64,000 nucleotides of DNA from an uncultured delta proteobacterium (GCA_963771465.1 CAVYTU010000017.1:1056001-1120000), one strand, 5' to 3'. Positions 1 through 8,948 are shown, counted from the first letter of the stretch. Notes: generated by a model not told the origin, from the letters alone. Numbers and translations: made by a program.

Positions 1-336
1 GCGCCGGCGCCGTGGGGCCTGCCGGATTTTGGCCTGGCAGACGAATACATCACCTACGCGGCCAAACCTAAGGAGAACGCCGGTTTTCAAATGAAACGCG
101 CCGGCAAGCGCGCCCATGGCGTAATCGCCGAGGAGCGGGCGGTGTTCTTCGCGGATATTTTGAGCGGCGCAAAAAAGGGGCGGACTGGTGCAAAGCAAAT
201 CACCTATTCCGAGCGCGGCAACATCCAAGGCGCGCAGTTCTTCGCCGTGGCCGGCAAAGTTTATGAGCTGGCGAAAGCGCGCGGGCTCGGCAGAGAAATG
301 CCCACCGAATGGTTCCTGCAGGATATTCGAGATTAA
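1..336 (+). CDS. Ornithine cyclodeaminase/mu-crystallin family protein, C-terminal part (5' end outside the window)
   Basis: Frame is open from base 1. The C-terminus GNIQGAQF...GLGREMPTEWFLQDIRD parallels the paralog at 16924-18018 (GNQIQGIQF...GLGRQFPTDWLLQDVRN). Confidence 0.75.
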   Translation, partial: APAPWGLPDFGLADEYITYAAKPKENAGFQMKRAGKRAHGVIAEERAVFFADILSGAKKGRTGAKQITYSERGNIQGAQFFAVAGKVYELAKARGLGREMPTEWFLQDIRD

Positions 337-339
337 CAA

Positions 340-404
340 CGTGTTCGTGTTCGTGGCTCGTGTTCGTTAAGATCCGGTGCACGATCGCGAGCGACGATCA
401 CGAC
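340..404. repeat. Short CGTGTT-type tandem repeat with a degenerate inverted counterpart (CACGAT-type)
   Basis: cgtgttcgtgttcgtggctcgtgttcg ... cacgatcgcgagcgacgatcacga, intergenic. Confidence 0.5.
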
Positions 405-420
405 TCCGAGGGAGCATCCA

Positions 421-1413
421 ATGCGGCGATTCTGCGGTTTCGTTGTTGTAATCATATTACTGCTCTTTCACGCTAACGGTTTCGCCCAGAGCAAGTTTCT
501 CATGGGCTACTCTTCCTTCAGCTCTAACCAAACTCCTCTGTGGGTTGCCAAGGAAGAAGGATTGTTCCAGCGCTACGGCAGCGAGCCCGACTTGATTCTG
601 ATTGAGGGCGGCACCCGCGGCGCACAGGCGCTGATCTCCGGCGATCTTCCGATCATGGGCATGTCCGGTCAGCCCGTGATCAGCGCGCGGGCGCGCGGCG
701 CCGATCTGACGATGATCGCCGGCGTGGTCAATAAGATGAATTACATCATGGTCAGTTCCGCCGCGGTGAAGCGACCGGAAGATTTGAAGGGCAAACGGAT
801 CGGCGCGGCGCAAGCTGGAACTGCTTCCTATCACGCCGTGCTGCTCGGCTTGAAACACTGGGGGCTCGACGCGCGGCGCGACAAGATCACAATTCTCCAA
901 CTCGGCAATCAAGCCGCGCGGGTCGGCTCGCTACAATCCGGCGGCAGCGACGCGGTCATCGTCAATCCCGGCCTCGGCCCGTCACTCAAGGAACGAGGCG
1001 GCTTTCTTCTCGCAGATTTCACCGAGCTACCGATCGCCTACCCGCAACAGACGATCTGCGTGCGCGAGCGCTTGATCAAGAGCGATGGCGATTTCGTCGA
1101 ACGGGTTTTGAGAGGCGTGCTGGCAGGAAACAGTTTCAGTCTCGATCCCAAAAACAAGCAGCGCGTCAAACAAATCATCGCCAAATACTTGCGCCTCGAT
1201 TCGGTGGATAAAGCGGAGGAGCATTATCAATCGGCGCTCAAAGTGTTGGCGCCAAAGCCGTATGTCGATGTAGCCGGCATCGTGGCGATGATCGAGTTTA
1301 TCGCCGAAGCCGATCCGCTGGTGGCGAAGGTGAAACCGGAGAATGTGATCAATCACACGATTCTCAAAAAACTCGACGACAGCGGATTCGTCGATCAGTT
1401 GTCGAAGCGGTGA
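421..1413 (+). CDS. ABC transporter substrate-binding protein, NMT1/SsuA/TauA-like
   Basis: Signal peptide; PLWVAKEEGLF and DLKGKRIG motifs; C-terminal LDDSGFVDQL. Confidence 0.85.
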   Translation: MRRFCGFVVVIILLLFHANGFAQSKFLMGYSSFSSNQTPLWVAKEEGLFQRYGSEPDLILIEGGTRGAQALISGDLPIMGMSGQPVISARARGADLTMIAGVVNKMNYIMVSSAAVKRPEDLKGKRIGAAQAGTASYHAVLLGLKHWGLDARRDKITILQLGNQAARVGSLQSGGSDAVIVNPGLGPSLKERGGFLLADFTELPIAYPQQTICVRERLIKSDGDFVERVLRGVLAGNSFSLDPKNKQRVKQIIAKYLRLDSVDKAEEHYQSALKVLAPKPYVDVAGIVAMIEFIAEADPLVAKVKPENVINHTILKKLDDSGFVDQLSKR

Positions 1414-1561
1414 TGAGGACTCGCCTGTCGAGCGCCATCGTTTAGACGGCCTAGCGCCACGAAGTAAATGGAAGAGTCGACCGACCATGGGCAGACAAAA
1501 ACGTGAACGCGGTCCGTTTGGACTCTATGTTTGAATTCCTGCCGCACAAGGAGAATGTCAC

Positions 1562-1924
1562 GTGAACCATCGCAACCTTCTTTCAAACCTGCATTATCGT
1601 GGTCTCGTACGAGCGACCCGACGGAATTATCATGTGTTCGAAGGGCCGCAGGTCTTCGTCGTTCTGTCCCCAAGACCCGGCGGCCACGGAGGCAACTACC
1701 ACGTTATTGAGCGGCAGGCGCTCAATTACATTCTCAGCAGAGTGGGTGGCAATCGGTCAATCACCACTAAGGAAGTGCGTGACGCGTGCCGGCGCTCTAA
1801 ATTCCTCCAGGACCGCTTTGCTGTGCTCAACGCTCTGTATGCCCTCGCAGGGATCAAGAAGGCACGTATCACCAGCATGAGGGGTCAGTCACTCGTTTTC
1901 TCTGTGTCGAAGGGCGCCGTCTGA
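1562..1924 (+). CDS. Hypothetical basic protein carried in a probable integron-type gene cassette
   Basis: 120-aa ORF with GTG start and AGGAGA RBS; the stop codon lies inside the attC R''-like box. Confidence 0.6.
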   Translation: MNHRNLLSNLHYRGLVRATRRNYHVFEGPQVFVVLSPRPGGHGGNYHVIERQALNYILSRVGGNRSITTKEVRDACRRSKFLQDRFAVLNALYALAGIKKARITSMRGQSLVFSVSKGAV

Positions 1925-2002
1925 CAACGCGCCGAAGCCGTCGTGCCCACCGTGCGTGGTAACGTGTGACCGCAGCGCGCGGCTCAGCGCGAATCGTTAC
2001 TC
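1916..2002 (+). mobile_element. attC-like recombination site (degenerate)
   Basis: GCCGTCTGAC (R''-like, one mismatch to RYYYAAC) ... CGCGCCGAAGCCG pairs with CGGCTCAGCGCG with one extra base ... AATCGTTAC (R'). The R'' box is complementary to TTAGACGGC at 1442-1450. Confidence 0.6.
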
Positions 2003-2183
2003 CCAAGCTATTTCCGCCGCGGCGTTTTGGCCGGCGATTTTTCCGGCGGCGGCGAAGTAGAGACGCGGGATCGGTGTTTCGTCAGGTCGAGAATGCGCTG
2101 ATCAACGTCAGTACGACGAATTAGTCGTCGGTCATTTCTTCGAAGTGTTTTTTGAGTCGACGTCAGGCCAACTTCTTTGCATC

Positions 2184-2220
2184 TGCCCATCTTTTGGGCG
2201 GCGTGCCTAACTCCTAAGCA
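2184..2220 (+). promoter_or_regulatory. Two tandem NtrC-like enhancer-binding sites
   Basis: TGCCCA-TCTTT-TGGGCG (2184-2200) and TGCCTA-ACTCC-TAAGCA (2204-2220): 17-bp dyads resembling TGCACC-N5-GGTGCA, about 100 bp upstream of a sigma-54 promoter. Confidence 0.65.
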
Positions 2221-2305
2221 ATCGCCTGTTTGTTAATCTCTCGCACAGTCTGTTGACGTCGAACAACTGATTGAATTCGTTCGACTCGTGTTTCACGAAA
2301 CGTCG

Positions 2306-2321
2306 TGGCACGGCCGTTGCT
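2306..2321 (+). promoter_or_regulatory. Sigma-54 (-24/-12) promoter of the cyn operon
   Basis: TGGCACG-GCCG-TTGCT is an exact match to TGGCACG-N4-TTGCW. Confidence 0.85.
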
Positions 2322-2346
2322 CCAACACACTTAGGGTAAGGAGGGT

Positions 2347-3678
2347 GTGATGTTGGGGAAAAATAAGCAACCAATGTTGGATTCCATCGCAGATCGATCG
2401 AAGCAATCCGCGAACGCCGAAAGCTTGATCGATCAAAAGGTCGAAGAGGCGGTTACGCACGCTGTTTTCGGCTCTGACCTAAGGCGCCGAGAATTTATTC
2501 GCTACGTCGGTGTTGGCGGTGCCACGGCGATTCTCAATTCGATTTTTCCCATGGGCGCGGCGAAAGCTCTGGCTCAGGGTAAGACGGGACCGATCGAAAA
2601 AAAGGAGCTTAAGGTCGGCTTTATCCCGATTACCTGCGCGACACCGATCATCATGGCCGAGCCGATGGGGTTCTATAAAAAACACGGCCTCGATGTTCAA
2701 GTGCACAAAGCCTCCGGTTGGGCGATGATCCGCGATCTGTCCATCAACGGCGAGACCGACGCGACGCATATGTTGACGCCGATGCCGCTGGCGATCAGCA
2801 TGGGCACGGGCTCCCAGTCGGTGCCCTTCGTCATGCCGGCGATCGAAAACATCAACGGTCAGGCGATCACCCTCGCCAACAAACACAAAGGCGTCAAAGA
2901 AGCCAAGGAGATGAAAGGTTTTAAGTTTTGCGTCCCCTTTGACTACTCGATGCATAATTTTCTGCTGCGCTATTTCCTCGCCGAAGGCGGTATCGATCCC
3001 GATAAGGACGTGCAGATTCGCGTCGTGCCGCCGGCCGAGATGGTGGCGAACTTGAGAGCGGGCAACGTCGACGGCTATCTCGCGCCGGATCCGTTCAATC
3101 AGCGCGCCGTGTATGAAGGCGAAGGTTTCATTTTCATGCTCAGCAAAGACATCTGGCCGGGCCATCCGTGCTGCGCCTTTGCCACGCGCAAAGACTTCGC
3201 CGAAAAAAATCCCAACACGTTTCAGGCGCTCTTCAAAGCCATCGTCGACGCCACCCAATACGCTCACGACGCCGGGCACCGCAAGGAAATCGCCAAAGCG
3301 ATTGCACCGCGCAACTTCTTAAACCAGCCGGTGGAGCTGCTCGAACAGGTTTTAACCGGCGTGTATCCCGACGGCTTGGGAAACACCAAGAATGTGCCGG
3401 ACCGCATCGACTTCGATCCGTTCCCGTATCATTCCATGGCGATTTGGATTCTCACACAGATGAAACGCTGGGGTTATATCAAGCAAGATGTCGACTACAA
3501 AAAACTCGCCCAAGAAGTCTACCTGGCGTCGGGCTGCCGCGAAGTCATGAAGTCACTCAGCTACAAGGCGCCGGCGCAGGATTCGACCAAGCACCAGTTT
3601 ACCTTTGGCAAAAATAAAACTTTCGATCCCAATGCTCCCGCGGAATACATTCGTTCGTTCCCGATTCGCCGGGCCTAA
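2347..3678 (+). CDS. cynA: Cyanate ABC transporter substrate-binding protein (CmpA/NrtA/CynA family)
   Basis: Tat-like RREF, GFIPITCATP, PDPFNQR, HPCCAF and DRIDFDPFP motifs; in an operon with cyanase. Confidence 0.85.
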   Translation: MMLGKNKQPMLDSIADRSKQSANAESLIDQKVEEAVTHAVFGSDLRRREFIRYVGVGGATAILNSIFPMGAAKALAQGKTGPIEKKELKVGFIPITCATPIIMAEPMGFYKKHGLDVQVHKASGWAMIRDLSINGETDATHMLTPMPLAISMGTGSQSVPFVMPAIENINGQAITLANKHKGVKEAKEMKGFKFCVPFDYSMHNFLLRYFLAEGGIDPDKDVQIRVVPPAEMVANLRAGNVDGYLAPDPFNQRAVYEGEGFIFMLSKDIWPGHPCCAFATRKDFAEKNPNTFQALFKAIVDATQYAHDAGHRKEIAKAIAPRNFLNQPVELLEQVLTGVYPDGLGNTKNVPDRIDFDPFPYHSMAIWILTQMKRWGYIKQDVDYKKLAQEVYLASGCREVMKSLSYKAPAQDSTKHQFTFGKNKTFDPNAPAEYIRSFPIRRA

Positions 3679-3698
3679 AGGAAGTCGAGGCATTCATC

Positions 3699-4502
3699 AT
3701 GGAGCAAATCGGTGTCCTATCGGGACGAATGCGGGCGATCCTATCTTCAGCCGTCCTACTGACAATCTTTCTCGCTATTTGGCAAGTCTCGGTGAAATCG
3801 ACCTTGCCAGGCGCAAAGGCCGAAGGGCTGCCGGGTCCGGTGGCCGTAGCGACCCGTGCCTGGGAAATGATCTCGGATCCCTTTTACGATAACGGACCCA
3901 ACGACAAGGGTATCGGCATTCAACTCGGTTACAGCGTCGGTAGGCTTACGATTGGTTACAGCGCCGCGGCATTGGTGGCGATCTTCATGGGCGTCATGTT
4001 GGGTTTGTCGCCGGGTTTATACCGGGCGCTCAATCCCTACATCCAGGTATTGAAACCGATCTCACCGCTGGCTTGGATGCCGCTGTTTCTTTACACGATC
4101 AAAGATTCGACGCAGTCGGCGATCATGGTGATCTTCATGTCATCGCTGTGGCCGATTTTGGCGAACACGGCCTTCGGCGTCGCCGGCATTAAACGGGATT
4201 ATCTCAATGTCTCCGCTCTGCTTCAGCTCTCTTGGTTCAAACGGCTTTGGAAAGTTATTCTTCCCGCTGCCGCCCCGGCGATCGTCGCTGGTTTACGAAT
4301 CTCCATCGGCAGCGCGTGGGTCGCCATCGTCGCGGCGGAAATGCTCATCGGCGGCACCGGCATCGGCTACTTCGTCTGGAACGAGTGGAATAACCTGCAA
4401 CTCACCAGCGTGATCTTCGCGATTCTGCTTACCGGATTTGTCGGACTTGTCTTGGATTTCGGCTTCGCCAGCTTGGCGAAAACCTTGACCTACAAGGAGT
4501 AG
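3699..4502 (+). CDS. cynB: Cyanate/nitrate ABC transporter permease (NrtB/CynB)
   Basis: DPFYDNGPNDKGIG, KPISPLAWMP and IVAAEMLIGGTGIGYFVWNEWNNL motifs. Confidence 0.85.
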   Translation: MEQIGVLSGRMRAILSSAVLLTIFLAIWQVSVKSTLPGAKAEGLPGPVAVATRAWEMISDPFYDNGPNDKGIGIQLGYSVGRLTIGYSAAALVAIFMGVMLGLSPGLYRALNPYIQVLKPISPLAWMPLFLYTIKDSTQSAIMVIFMSSLWPILANTAFGVAGIKRDYLNVSALLQLSWFKRLWKVILPAAAPAIVAGLRISIGSAWVAIVAAEMLIGGTGIGYFVWNEWNNLQLTSVIFAILLTGFVGLVLDFGFASLAKTLTYKE

Positions 4503-4505
4503 ACC

Positions 4506-5354
4506 ATGGCGTTTCTCGAAGTCGAGTATGTCAGCAAATTTTTTCCCGAGGCGGGCGGCCGACAGCTTTGCGTATTTAAAGATGTTCGTTTGCACATCGA
4601 GAAAAGCGAGTTCGTTACCACGGTCGGCCACTCGGGCTGCGGCAAGAGCACGTTACTAAACATCATCGCCGGGTTGGAAAAGGCCAGCGCGGGCGCGATC
4701 ATCTTGGACGGTAAGGAAACCGACACTCCCGGCCTCGACCGCATGGTGGTGTTCCAGAATTTCTCGCTGCTGCCTTGGATGAGCGTCTACGAAAATATCC
4801 ATCTGGCAGTGAAGGCGGCGTTTTCCGACTGGCCGGCGCAAAAGATCAATGACTACGTGCAGCGCTATATCAATATGGTCGGCCTGGCCGGCTCGGAACA
4901 TAAAAAACCGGCGGCGCTCTCGGGCGGCATGCGGCAAAGAGTGGGACTGGCGCGCGCCTTCGCGGTGCAGCCGAAGGTGCTTTTGCTCGACGAGCCGTTT
5001 GCGCAGATCGACGCTCTGACTCGCGGCACGATTCAGGACGAGCTCATGCGCATGTGGACGGCGACGCGGAATACCGTCTTCATGGTCACCCATGATGTCG
5101 AGGAGGCGATCCTGCTCTCCGACAAGATCGCTTTGATGACCAGCGGCCCGTCGGCCGAGCTGGCGGAAGTGGTGGAGATCAAGTTTCCCCGGCCGAGGGT
5201 GCGCGAGGAAATTTTGGATCTGCCTGAGTTTATACGCATCAAGAAACATATCATTCAGTTCCTCAAGAACTGCGCGCGCGAACACCCTGTTGAAAGCTCG
5301 ACACCCAATGCCGATGCGTTGATTGTCGCCCAGCAGATCGGCGTCGAAACGTGA
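4506..5354 (+). CDS. cynD: Cyanate/nitrate ABC transporter ATP-binding protein (NrtD/CynD)
   Basis: Walker A GHSGCGKST, signature LSGGMRQR, Walker B LLLDEPF. Confidence 0.85.
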   Translation: MAFLEVEYVSKFFPEAGGRQLCVFKDVRLHIEKSEFVTTVGHSGCGKSTLLNIIAGLEKASAGAIILDGKETDTPGLDRMVVFQNFSLLPWMSVYENIHLAVKAAFSDWPAQKINDYVQRYINMVGLAGSEHKKPAALSGGMRQRVGLARAFAVQPKVLLLDEPFAQIDALTRGTIQDELMRMWTATRNTVFMVTHDVEEAILLSDKIALMTSGPSAELAEVVEIKFPRPRVREEILDLPEFIRIKKHIIQFLKNCAREHPVESSTPNADALIVAQQIGVET

Positions 5355-5413
5355 GATGGCGCATACGTAGCAGCTCAATGAGCTTATATTAATTAGTGAG
5401 GAGGTAAGGAAAA

Positions 5414-5872
5414 ATGATCACACGGCAGGAAGCTACGGCGAAGATTCTCGGCGCGAAGCAGAAACAGAAGCTTACTTGGGAACAGATCGCCAAGGGCGTC
5501 GGACGTCACAAGATCTGGACCACGGCGGCGCTGCTCGGCCAGCATCCGATGTCAGCTGAGGAAGCCGATAGTGTCATTAAAATCCTTGGTTTTTCCGGCG
5601 CGGAGGCGGAAGTGGTCGCATCAGCTCTCCAAGAGTTCCCGATGCGAGGATCATTGGACAGCGCGGTGCCCGTGGACCCGACGATCTATCGCTTCTATGA
5701 GCTCATCCAAGTCTACGGCCCGACGATCAAAGCGCTGATCCACGAAGAATTCGGCGACGGCATCATGAGCGCCATCGATTTCGACATGGAAATTCAACGG
5801 AAAGCAGATCCCAAGGGAGATCGCGTGGTGTTGACGCTCAACGGCAAGTTTCTGCCGTATAAGAAGTTTTAG
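5414..5872 (+). CDS. cynS: Cyanate hydratase (cyanase)
   Basis: DPTIYRFYE, HEEFGDGIMSAIDF and GKFLPY hallmark motifs. Confidence 0.97.
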   Translation: MITRQEATAKILGAKQKQKLTWEQIAKGVGRHKIWTTAALLGQHPMSAEEADSVIKILGFSGAEAEVVASALQEFPMRGSLDSAVPVDPTIYRFYELIQVYGPTIKALIHEEFGDGIMSAIDFDMEIQRKADPKGDRVVLTLNGKFLPYKKF

Positions 5873-5878
5873 CTTTAG

Positions 5879-7381
5879 CTATTCCCAGCTCGGTTCTTGG
5901 CCGGCATTCTGACCGGCGATCTTGCCGGCCACGAAGCACTCGGTGATATTTCCCGCTTCTAAATAGAGATGGCCGTAAATCGAGCTGATCTCACCGGCGA
6001 CGTAGAGGCGCGGGATCGGCCGTTTCATCGGGTCGAGGACGCGCTGTTTCACATCGTGTTCCGGGCCGCCTTGGGTATTGTTGACAATGGGCCATGCTTC
6101 CATGACGTAGTAAGGCGGATTTTTGATCGGCATCATGGTTTTCGACGGCCGCTTGTGGTCTTCGTCCTGGCCTTTGGCGCATAGCTCGTTCCAACGCTCG
6201 ACCGTGGCTCTCAGCACTTTCGGATTGACATCGATCTGCGCGGCGATGTCTTCCAGTGAGTTGCCCTTCTTAATCCAACCTTTGTCGAGTTCGGCGAGAT
6301 TGTCCTCGCTCCAACTGGCGTCGTAGCGCTCGTCGTTGACGATCGGTATGCCGATGGGTCCGAGCTTGCGACCTTCTTCGTCGAAGATCAGATGGCAGGG
6401 GATACGCGGATAATCTTGAATATCCGCGTCATAATATTCCAGCGGCCGCGTGCCGGTATCCTGCGGCGCGGGCGGATACTCGTCCATGAAGCGCTTGCCG
6501 AACTTGTCGACGCCAATCCAGATCATTTTGCGATTTTCATTTCTCGGTCCGGCCCAAACGTGGCGAATCGCAAACGGCAGCTCGGGGAATTTAAAGCCAT
6601 AGCCGCCGTGGAAATGCCACATATGCCAGAGCGACGCGCCGGCTTTCTGCGCCATCTTGACGCCATCGCCGGTGTTGCCGAGATAGACGGGGTAGACCGG
6701 CTGCGCTTCGAAGTATTGCAGCTTCATGGCGTCATCGTTTTCGTAGCCGCCGCAGGCGAGGATCACGCCTTTGCGCGCTTTGATGTTGAAGGCTTTACCC
6801 TCGCGCTCGGTTTGCAGTCCGATTATTTCTCCGTCCGCGTTGGTGATCAGCTCTTTTGCCGGCGTCGACAGCAGCACTTCGATGTTGCGCGTGTGGACGT
6901 TGTCGTAGACGACTTTGAACAAGCGCGCGCCGCCGCGCAATCCTTTAGCCCAGGGAAATTCCGTGTAGGCTTGAAAGTCTTTGAGTTTGATCGAATCGAT
7001 GTCGTTGGTGCCGGGGAAGGGATAAGTGCCGTGACCGCGGGTTTCAGTTTTAGTCGGCTCGGTGCCGCTGACTTTGGCTAGCTCGGTGAGCCAGTCAATC
7101 ATGCCGACCATCTCTTCGGCCATCTTGCGCAAGATGTCGTCCGGCGTAGTGCCGTTGCAGGTACGCTGCAAATATTGAAAAGCACCCTCGGCGTTATGCG
7201 CAAACGCCACGCCACCGCCGGAGAGAATCGAAATGCCGCCGGGATGGGGCATCTTTTCGATCAGCAATACTTTCGCGCCGGCATCGTGTGCGGTGATCGC
7301 CGAGATGCCGCCCGCCGCGCCGAAACCGACGACGATGACGTCGACTTCTTTGTCCCAGTGAGTTTGCCCGTTGTTTGTCAT
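5879..7381 (-). CDS. FAD-dependent oxidoreductase (fumarate reductase flavoprotein / 3-ketosteroid dehydrogenase-like, FAD_binding_2)
   Basis: VVGFGAAG, LACGGYE, NTGDG, TQGG and PIPRLYVAGE motifs; AAGGAG RBS before the ATG at 7381. Confidence 0.85.
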   Translation of the reverse strand: MTNNGQTHWDKEVDVIVVGFGAAGGISAITAHDAGAKVLLIEKMPHPGGISILSGGGVAFAHNAEGAFQYLQRTCNGTTPDDILRKMAEEMVGMIDWLTELAKVSGTEPTKTETRGHGTYPFPGTNDIDSIKLKDFQAYTEFPWAKGLRGGARLFKVVYDNVHTRNIEVLLSTPAKELITNADGEIIGLQTEREGKAFNIKARKGVILACGGYENDDAMKLQYFEAQPVYPVYLGNTGDGVKMAQKAGASLWHMWHFHGGYGFKFPELPFAIRHVWAGPRNENRKMIWIGVDKFGKRFMDEYPPAPQDTGTRPLEYYDADIQDYPRIPCHLIFDEEGRKLGPIGIPIVNDERYDASWSEDNLAELDKGWIKKGNSLEDIAAQIDVNPKVLRATVERWNELCAKGQDEDHKRPSKTMMPIKNPPYYVMEAWPIVNNTQGGPEHDVKQRVLDPMKRPIPRLYVAGEISSIYGHLYLEAGNITECFVAGKIAGQNAGQEPSWE

Positions 7382-7416
7382 CGCTAGAAACTCCTTCTCA
7401 TTCATCCAGTCAGATT

Positions 7417-7492
7417 CCTTCCCCTTGATGGGGAAGGACAAAGGAAGGGGTGATTTTGAATTTTCACTGGCACCCCCATCTCAATCTTCGCC
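7417..7492. repeat. REP-like palindrome (CCTTCCCC-N5-GGGGAAGG) with a degenerate second arm
   Basis: Perfect 8-bp inverted repeat at 7417-7437, followed by GGGGTG...CACCCC. Confidence 0.55.
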
Positions 7493-7501
7493 TGCTAACT
7501 C

Positions 7502-8611
7502 TTACAGCCGCTCCTCCAGCCAATCCAACATGTACGGCAGATTATGCGCCCAGTAGTCGTGACTGCAATGGATGCGGCCGGCGCCGTCTGCTTCGCCGTA
7601 AATTTTCAGTGTCTTGTCTTTGGCGCCAATCTCTTCGAATAGCCGTTTGGCGCCTTCGACTGACATCAGTGTGTCTTTATCGCCGTGGGTGATAAGTGTG
7701 GGGCAAGTGATGTTTTTGGCGATGCCGGCCATGGTGAAATCTTTCAACTGCCGGCGCGCCTCTTCGTGGCTGACGCCGCCGAGTAGTCTTTGACACACCG
7801 GTTGCAAGTGCACGCACCAGTCGTAGAGGTCGTCGAGAATGCTGTAACAGCCGCTCCACGCGACTAGAGCCTTGATGCGCTTTTCAAATGCAGCGACCCG
7901 CGGCGCGTAATAGCCGGCCATGCTGATGCCGAGCAGCCCGACTCGGCTGGCATCGACTTCCGGCCGGGAGATTAAATAATCGATGCAAGCTTTGCCCGGC
8001 ACTTCGTAATCGGGCCGGGTCTTGATTCCTTTCAAGTACATCGACGAACCGCGCCCGGGAGTGTCGACTAACAGCATCGCCCAGCCACGATCGAGCATCT
8101 GTTTGCCGCCGAAGTAGATTTCTTCGGCGTAGGCGTCGGCACCGCCGAGGAATAGCACCGCCGGCCACTTGCCCGGTTTGGGATTCACCGGATGGCAGAA
8201 ATAGCCGTCGTATTCCTCGTCGCCACAGCGCACCGAGACGACTTCGATCTTCGTCGGGTTGAGCTTGGCGGCGGCGCGAAAGTTTTCTTGTGACTTGCGA
8301 AAGCGCTCGCCCCGTTTGGTTTCCTCGGCGCTGGTCAGAAGCACGTCGGACATTCGATAATAATTGCTGGCGTGAAAGAAGTTTTGCCGCGCGGTTGCGC
8401 TATGCCCTGCTGCTAGCGCGGCTTTGGCGCGCGCTTCGCTCTTCTCGGCCAGCGCCAGCCATTCGCGCTCCCAAGCGTCTTTATCGCCAGCTTCCACGTT
8501 CTTCATCGCCCGGGCGATATCGAAGACATCGGCGCCGCCCTGCTGCGCCTGGGCGACGAGCCGCAAGGTATGGCCGCCGAAAGGGTGATTGGGAAATAGA
8601 AAGTCGAACAT
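7502..8611 (-). CDS. Alpha/beta hydrolase, FrsA / 2,6-dihydroxypseudooxynicotine hydrolase-like
   Basis: GISMAG nucleophile elbow, DTPGRG, CPTLITHGDKD, C-terminal HC. Confidence 0.8.
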   Translation of the reverse strand: MFDFLFPNHPFGGHTLRLVAQAQQGGADVFDIARAMKNVEAGDKDAWEREWLALAEKSEARAKAALAAGHSATARQNFFHASNYYRMSDVLLTSAEETKRGERFRKSQENFRAAAKLNPTKIEVVSVRCGDEEYDGYFCHPVNPKPGKWPAVLFLGGADAYAEEIYFGGKQMLDRGWAMLLVDTPGRGSSMYLKGIKTRPDYEVPGKACIDYLISRPEVDASRVGLLGISMAGYYAPRVAAFEKRIKALVAWSGCYSILDDLYDWCVHLQPVCQRLLGGVSHEEARRQLKDFTMAGIAKNITCPTLITHGDKDTLMSVEGAKRLFEEIGAKDKTLKIYGEADGAGRIHCSHDYWAHNLPYMLDWLEERL

Positions 8612-8806
8612 CAAACCTCCGATGAGTGACTCGCAAGTTGCAACTAGTAACGCCGGGTAATTTACCCGCTACGAATCCAAAGAAATAATCCCAATCGAAG
8701 CGAAAGTACAAGTGTGTTGTCAAGTGAAGACAAAAAGATCTGCTTGACAGCTGCAATGGGGGTTGCTAACTCTCTCATCACAACAAGATTTCCTCAACTT
8801 TGACAG

Positions 8807-8921
8807 ACTCTCGCGATTCAGAGCAGCAGTGCAAGGAGCGCGGCGTGATCTTCAGAGGGGAATTACACGGCGGAAAGCCGGTTGCTTTTGCGAATAGTCG
8901 CGGGAGTAGGCCGGCTTTTTT
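8807..8921 (+). ncRNA. Candidate riboswitch/attenuator leader of unknown class, with intrinsic terminator
   Basis: 12-bp stem 8807-8818/8896-8907 enclosing a multi-hairpin junction; an alternative long hairpin 8874-8918 ends in a U-tract; the two folds are mutually exclusive. Confidence 0.5.
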
Positions 8922-8948
8922 ATTTCCTGTTGCCGGAACGAGGCCTTG

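Noticed and set aside
2008-2190. 60-aa minus-strand ORF
   Set aside because: No recognisable motif, and it overlaps the NtrC-like site; at most a gene-end remnant.
8830-8885. Partial likeness of the korAB leader to FMN or ykkC/guanidine-I riboswitch words (AUCUUC, ACACGGCGG, AAAGCC)
   Set aside because: The other conserved blocks of those families are missing, so the element is left unassigned.
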